Source: Euglena gracilis (lineage: Eukaryota). From it: a stretch of DNA of 64,000 nucleotides. Below, piece by piece: positions 60,701 through 64,000 of this stretch (its first letter is position 1; every line of letters starts with the position of its first letter). The stretch is taken from positions 37,061,703-37,125,702 of the forward strand of contig CP154954.1 in assembly GCA_039621445.1 (NCBI GenBank). The letters are read 5' to 3'. Position numbers and translations under genes: made by a program. The notes beneath the pieces are model-generated. The model ran no database searches. It was given only the letters and a program-made list of their open reading frames with translations, and was not told the DNA's origin.

Positions 60701-63277
60701 GGGACGGGGGTGCACAATGAAAATGAAAAGAGATTCGGAAGCAAAGCGCAAGGCAGAACACACCGTGGCGAAGCGGCAGGCCGGGCACAGCGGCACGCTG
60801 CGCCCGGCGACCTCCGCCTGCACCATCCCCAGCCGACGGTGGTGGCCCCACGCCCTTCGTTACTTTGTCATTGTGTTAACATGCATGGGAATGAGGTCCT
60901 TGACAGGCAGGGGTGGGGGGGGCTTCCCCCCCCCCACGGAAATCCCCCGTCCCCAAAAGTCAGTTTCCTTCCAACCGAAAATGGCATTTTTGACAGAAAT
61001 TTGTTATTAAATTATCTTTGCACTGTCTGGGTCACCACAACGCACATTTAACAGAAGAGCACACATTTAAAGAAGGGCGTGGGCGGCAGCGGGCACAGAG
61101 GTCCGGGTCCGCCACCGCGTGGCGGACCTGGATCTCCTTCGCCGTCCCCAGGGCAGAACGGGAAGGCCTGGTCCACCCGGGAGGCGGGTGTTTGACCCCC
61201 CACCCCACCACGGCAATTTCACAGATTTCTTATCAGATAACATTGATAGACCTTATCAGATAACGTAGATGACAATTTCTTTCCCCGCCCCTTTGGCGCC
61301 GGAAAAAAACTTTGGGGTCGAAAATTGGTGTTCCCGGAAATACGGTGGTGTGGTTGGCCTCCCGTTCTGCCCTGGTTGTCCTCTCCGCGGGGGTCTCGAT
61401 CAGCCACCAATATTCGGCGGCAGGCTGCTTTTTGTTTGTTTTGTTTTGTTGTTTCGATAAACACCACAAAAAAAAACCGCCTGCTCAAGCAGCTGCCGAA
61501 TCCCACGCAGTGGGTTGGCAGCGCGGCGCGCGCGGGCCAGCAAGTTTTGGGGCGGATGGAGCTGGTGTTGCCCCCAGGCCGTGCTGGACTGATGGGGGGG
61601 GGGGCTTCACCACAATTGCAATGCAGGCGTCTTTCCAACGCCTCTGCGTGGTGTGGGACCCTCAGAACAAAAACCTCTGGGGGGAAGCCATTGACCTTCT
61701 TTAAAAACCATGGGAGTTTTGTGCTGAAAAAAATTTCTGGTTTGGCGCAAAAAAAACCCATTTTTCTGATTTTGGGACAGATGCAGATGTGGTGGTGGCT
61801 GCTGGTGGCACTTTTCGGGGGGGTTTGTGATAAACAGAAACTGCAGAATGAAAGCACCACGCGTGGAATCCGAACAAACGCCGGGTTTTGGGATGATGAT
61901 CCCCCACCCTGGCCATGAAGCAGACACAAGCAAGACACGGCCGCAATGTACACACCCTACCCTGGATATCCAAATGGCAGCCATATTCTAAATGCCCCCC
62001 CCTGGGGGGCCATTTAGAGTGACCAGGGGGTCAAAATAGTTTTTTTGTGTTAATGATGGAGTTGGGTTAGGTGCGCGACTTAGGCTTAGGGTTAGGCCTA
62101 ACTTATAGATGGGTGTTCGGTGTACAAGTTAGGCCTAACCCTAAGCCTAAGTCGCGCACCTAAACCTACTCCATCATTAACGAAAAAGATGCCAGGGGGG
62201 GGGGGCATTTAGAGTGACCAGGGGGGGCCATTTAGAATATGGCTGCCATCCAAATAACCCCCCCAAATAACACCCCCCCCCCTTGTGTTACTTGGGCACC
62301 CTGGGTCCCCAGGGGGGGGGGAATTTGGGGGGGGGTGTTATTTTTTACATGGAAAACCAAAAGAAATTAGGGGGGTGATATTTGGGCGCTCGAAATCGGC
62401 CCCGGAGAGGGGGGGGGTGTTATTCGGGGGGGGGGAGAAGCCTGAAATTATGAAGTGGAGACAAACACAAAAAACTTACAGAAACCTCCTCTATCTTTTG
62501 TTGCGAAACTTCCAAAAGTCAAAAACCCTTCTGGAGTTTGACTGCGAAAACCACATGGGGGGGGTCGACCCCCCGCAGAGCAATGTAAAACTGCCAAATG
62601 AGGGGAGGGGGCTTCAAGAATCCAATGCCAGGGAAAAATATTCTCACCTCTGTCCAACCCCCCACCCCGGAGGAGAAGAGGACAGAGGGGTGTGCAACCA
62701 TCGGCCGACCCCTCCCCCAGGGGTCCACTCTTCCGAAAACCAGGCAGTCACCAAGAACCAGGCAGTTTGGAAATCCAGCCAGTCCCCCACCCCCCCGGGG
62801 TCAGCTGCTCTGGAATCTGGAACGGGAAAAAAATGGCAGAAATATTTTGCGGCCGGGTCACCTTTGCGATGACTGCTTCTGGAGGGAGGTGGACAGGGAC
62901 AAAACCCAGTCAGTGATCCCCCTGGATTGGTGAAGAAACTGCAAAGGCGGGGGTGAGGTGCGGGAGTCCCTTTTGTGAAATTTCGGCAATTTTTTGCCCA
63001 AAAAAGTTTTGGCTGATTTTTGGCCGCTTTTGGGTCCAAGGGTTTTCGGCCTTATGCTTTGCGCCAGGACGCTGTGTCTGTGACGGGAGGGGGGTCATAG
63101 CGGAGTCGCCTGAGCACAGGGGGGCAAATGATTGTGTGCACCCCTGGTATTTCTTTGATGGCCCACATTTTCCTGGCCACCGGGGCCTGCATGGCGATCC
63201 CGCTCGTGCTCCGCTGCCTTCTCGTCCGCTTCCTGCAGGAGCACGGCGGGGGCGACGTAGGCGGCGGGTGGCGGGAC
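52581..63277 (-). CDS. 5'-partial 14-exon gene; hypothetical membrane protein with CxxC-x19-CxxC motif (376 aa in window)
   Basis: Manual exon join (minus): 63277-63193, 61569-61487, 61415-61378, 61143-61085, 60843-60764, 58737-58675, 58146-58071 (alt. end 58041), 57268-57190, 56684-56598, 56458-56382, 55975-55877, 55510-55377, 54882-54768, 52636-52581 = 1131 nt, one open frame ending in TGA. Exons are GC3-rich islands. Translation: VPPPAAYVAPAVLLQEADEKAAEHERDRQHQLHPPQNLLARARRAANPLRGIRQLLEYWWLIETPAERTAKEIQVRHAVADPDLCARCHHRRLGMVQAEVAGRSVPLCPACRFATFESALLAREAARERPPRAPLTVRSWWLVPLLLAPIVAAGWTHRAEWRALTYQWALLLILPTTDSRLANALAWLSVVATYSSLYVDCLRPRLRWVAGLYPCTAAVAAIVHAIDRRLREQVEGNGYGGPRRHNAAYAALRMAHTWAIMVGAVGDLAVHALLLEVPAPFINPTTPLQRWRDAQPPPPPGPVAKAKAVVREIRRRLWPAARPAEPPAPPAAPAVAPAALPAELPAAPAAEAAAVAQPRPNALKRAWRKLKRKLHR*. 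Family not recognised. Confidence 0.82.
54010..54373. mobile_element. Independent copy of the cagtcagtcac MITE family
   Basis: catacaattgctta/taagcaattgtctg; perfect TSD ggctggac. Confidence 0.85.
54437..54707. mobile_element. hAT-like MITE related to family E
   Basis: caggggttttt...aaaaacccctg; TSD gaaaggag/gaaagaag (7/8). Confidence 0.8.
56685..57189 (-). other. Nonconventional (non-GT-AG) intron formed by a hAT-like MITE plus one TSD copy
   Basis: T|ggc-CAGGGTTGTATGGGAAGCTC...GAGATTCCCACACAAGCCTG-cggct|G. The element 56690-57186 is flanked by gacagccg/gccagcca (6/8). Removal restores the frame ...LAWLSVVATY... Confidence 0.8.
57270..57820. repeat. Compound microsatellite (GAT)n/(AAT)n/(AAG)n/(AAGAAT)n, intronic
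   Basis: Seen directly; abuts the AG acceptor at 57269-57270. Confidence 0.97.
58806..59198. mobile_element. Family E MITE
   Basis: Same TIR; perfect TSD cccccatc. Confidence 0.9.
58998..59143. mobile_element. Minimal family D MITE nested in a family E MITE
   Basis: cagacattcatttagtgtgg...ccacactgaataaatgtctg; TSD ccacccac/gcactcac (6/8). Confidence 0.75.
60203..60615. mobile_element. Family G MITE
   Basis: cagggttcgatataaggag/ctccttatatcgaaccctg; TSD ccaccggg/cccccggg; short adjacent copy at ~60063-60178. Confidence 0.8.
61144..61377 (-). other. Nonconventional intron
   Basis: C|aac-CAGGGCAGAACGGGAGGCC...GGCCTTCCCGTTCTGCCCTG-gggac|G; long terminal stem; in-frame join ERT|AKE; TSD relic aggacaac/gggacggc (5/8). 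Confidence 0.8.
61570..63192 (-). other. Nonconventional intron (1623 nt)
   Basis: C|atg-CAGGCC...GGCCTG-ggggc|A; in-frame join DRQHQL; contains the MITE at 61976-62247. Confidence 0.65.
61976..62247. mobile_element. GG-terminated hairpin MITE (Merlin-like)
   Basis: TIR ggcagccatattctaaatg/catttagaatatggctgcc; perfect TSD atccaaat; internal palindrome shares gggttaggtgcgc with family B. Confidence 0.8.
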
Positions 63278-63421
63278 CTGTGGAGATTTGGATTGAGGTG
63301 ATGGCAGAGCACGAAGGCTTTCCCACACGCACGCTGAGAAGCACACAGCTGAACTGGTCCCGGAGGCTGGTCGCACTTTTTGACACCCCCAATCTGCCCC
63401 GAAAAAACACGCGCCCCCCAA

Positions 63422-63683
63422 CAGGCTTCTTTTTATGACCCCCGGGGGGAAGGGGGGTCCCCCAGGGTGGCGTGACCCCCCGGGTGGCGGGGACCCCTCC
63501 CCCAAAATCAAAAATCAGACGCGTTAAAGGCAATTGTCAACGTTTTTCGGCGCTTTGCGCCAAAAACGTACACCCGGCGCAGCGGCGCGGACCCCCCACC
63601 CCCCAGGGGGTCCGGCCCAGACCCACCCACCCACCCCCCTCCCCCGGGGGAGGGGGGGGTCAGGTGAATTAAAAAGAAGCCTG
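63422..63683. mobile_element. Family E MITE (older copy)
   Basis: caggcttcttttta...ttaaaaagaagcctg; degenerate TSD; inserted in a diverged 197-bp monomer. Confidence 0.75.
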
Positions 63684-64000
63684 CCCCGAACCCCCACCCC
63701 GAATTATACTGAAAAACTGTCAAAAATCCCTATTGTAAGGTGTTTTACCGGTGACAATGGGGGTGGGGAACCCAGCCGACCTGGTCCCGGGGGCACGGTC
63801 GCACTTTTTGGCACCCCCCAATTCCCAAAAACTCACGCCCCCCCCCCCGCCCCGAATTATACTGAAAAATGGCCAAACTTACACAATTGCGGGGTGTTTT
63901 ACCAGCAGTGGTTCCGGTGACAGTGGGGTTTTTGGGGGCGGGGAACCCAGCCGACCTGCTCCCGGGGGCTGGTCGCACTTTTGGGCACCCCCCAATTTCC

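Noticed and set aside
1-64000. Autonomous transposase, rRNA, tRNA or spliced-leader genes
   Set aside because: None recognisable by eye; superfamily labels rest on TIR/TSD patterns only

Overview
Repeat-dense eukaryotic nuclear DNA, most consistent with a euglenid (Euglena-like). That assignment is an inference from intron structure and TTAGGG-like repeats. Almost none of the six-frame ORFs are real genes. Main contents: (1) 1-19214: three tandem macro-units built around a ~197-bp satellite with higher-order structure, joined at palindromic, telomere-repeat-bearing Merlin-like MITEs that carry nested insertions. (2) 22737-36533: two weaker, apparently paralogous minus-strand multi-exon units. 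(3) ~39990-47078: a tandem segmental triplication; two copies carry a hAT-like element that has captured an AT-rich, nad4-like mitochondrial fragment, and the third copy shows the empty site. (4) 52581-63277: a 5'-partial minus-strand gene that assembles by hand into 14 exons (376 aa; CxxC-x19-CxxC plus several hydrophobic segments). The model uses 3 GT-AG introns and 10 non-GT-AG introns whose ends base-pair (+4..+6 with -8..-6). One of these introns is a member of a dispersed CAG...CTG MITE family with a relic 8-bp target-site duplication, so MITE plus one TSD equals the intron. All calls come from manual reading. No database search or alignment was run, and G/C homopolymer lengths make some boundaries approximate.
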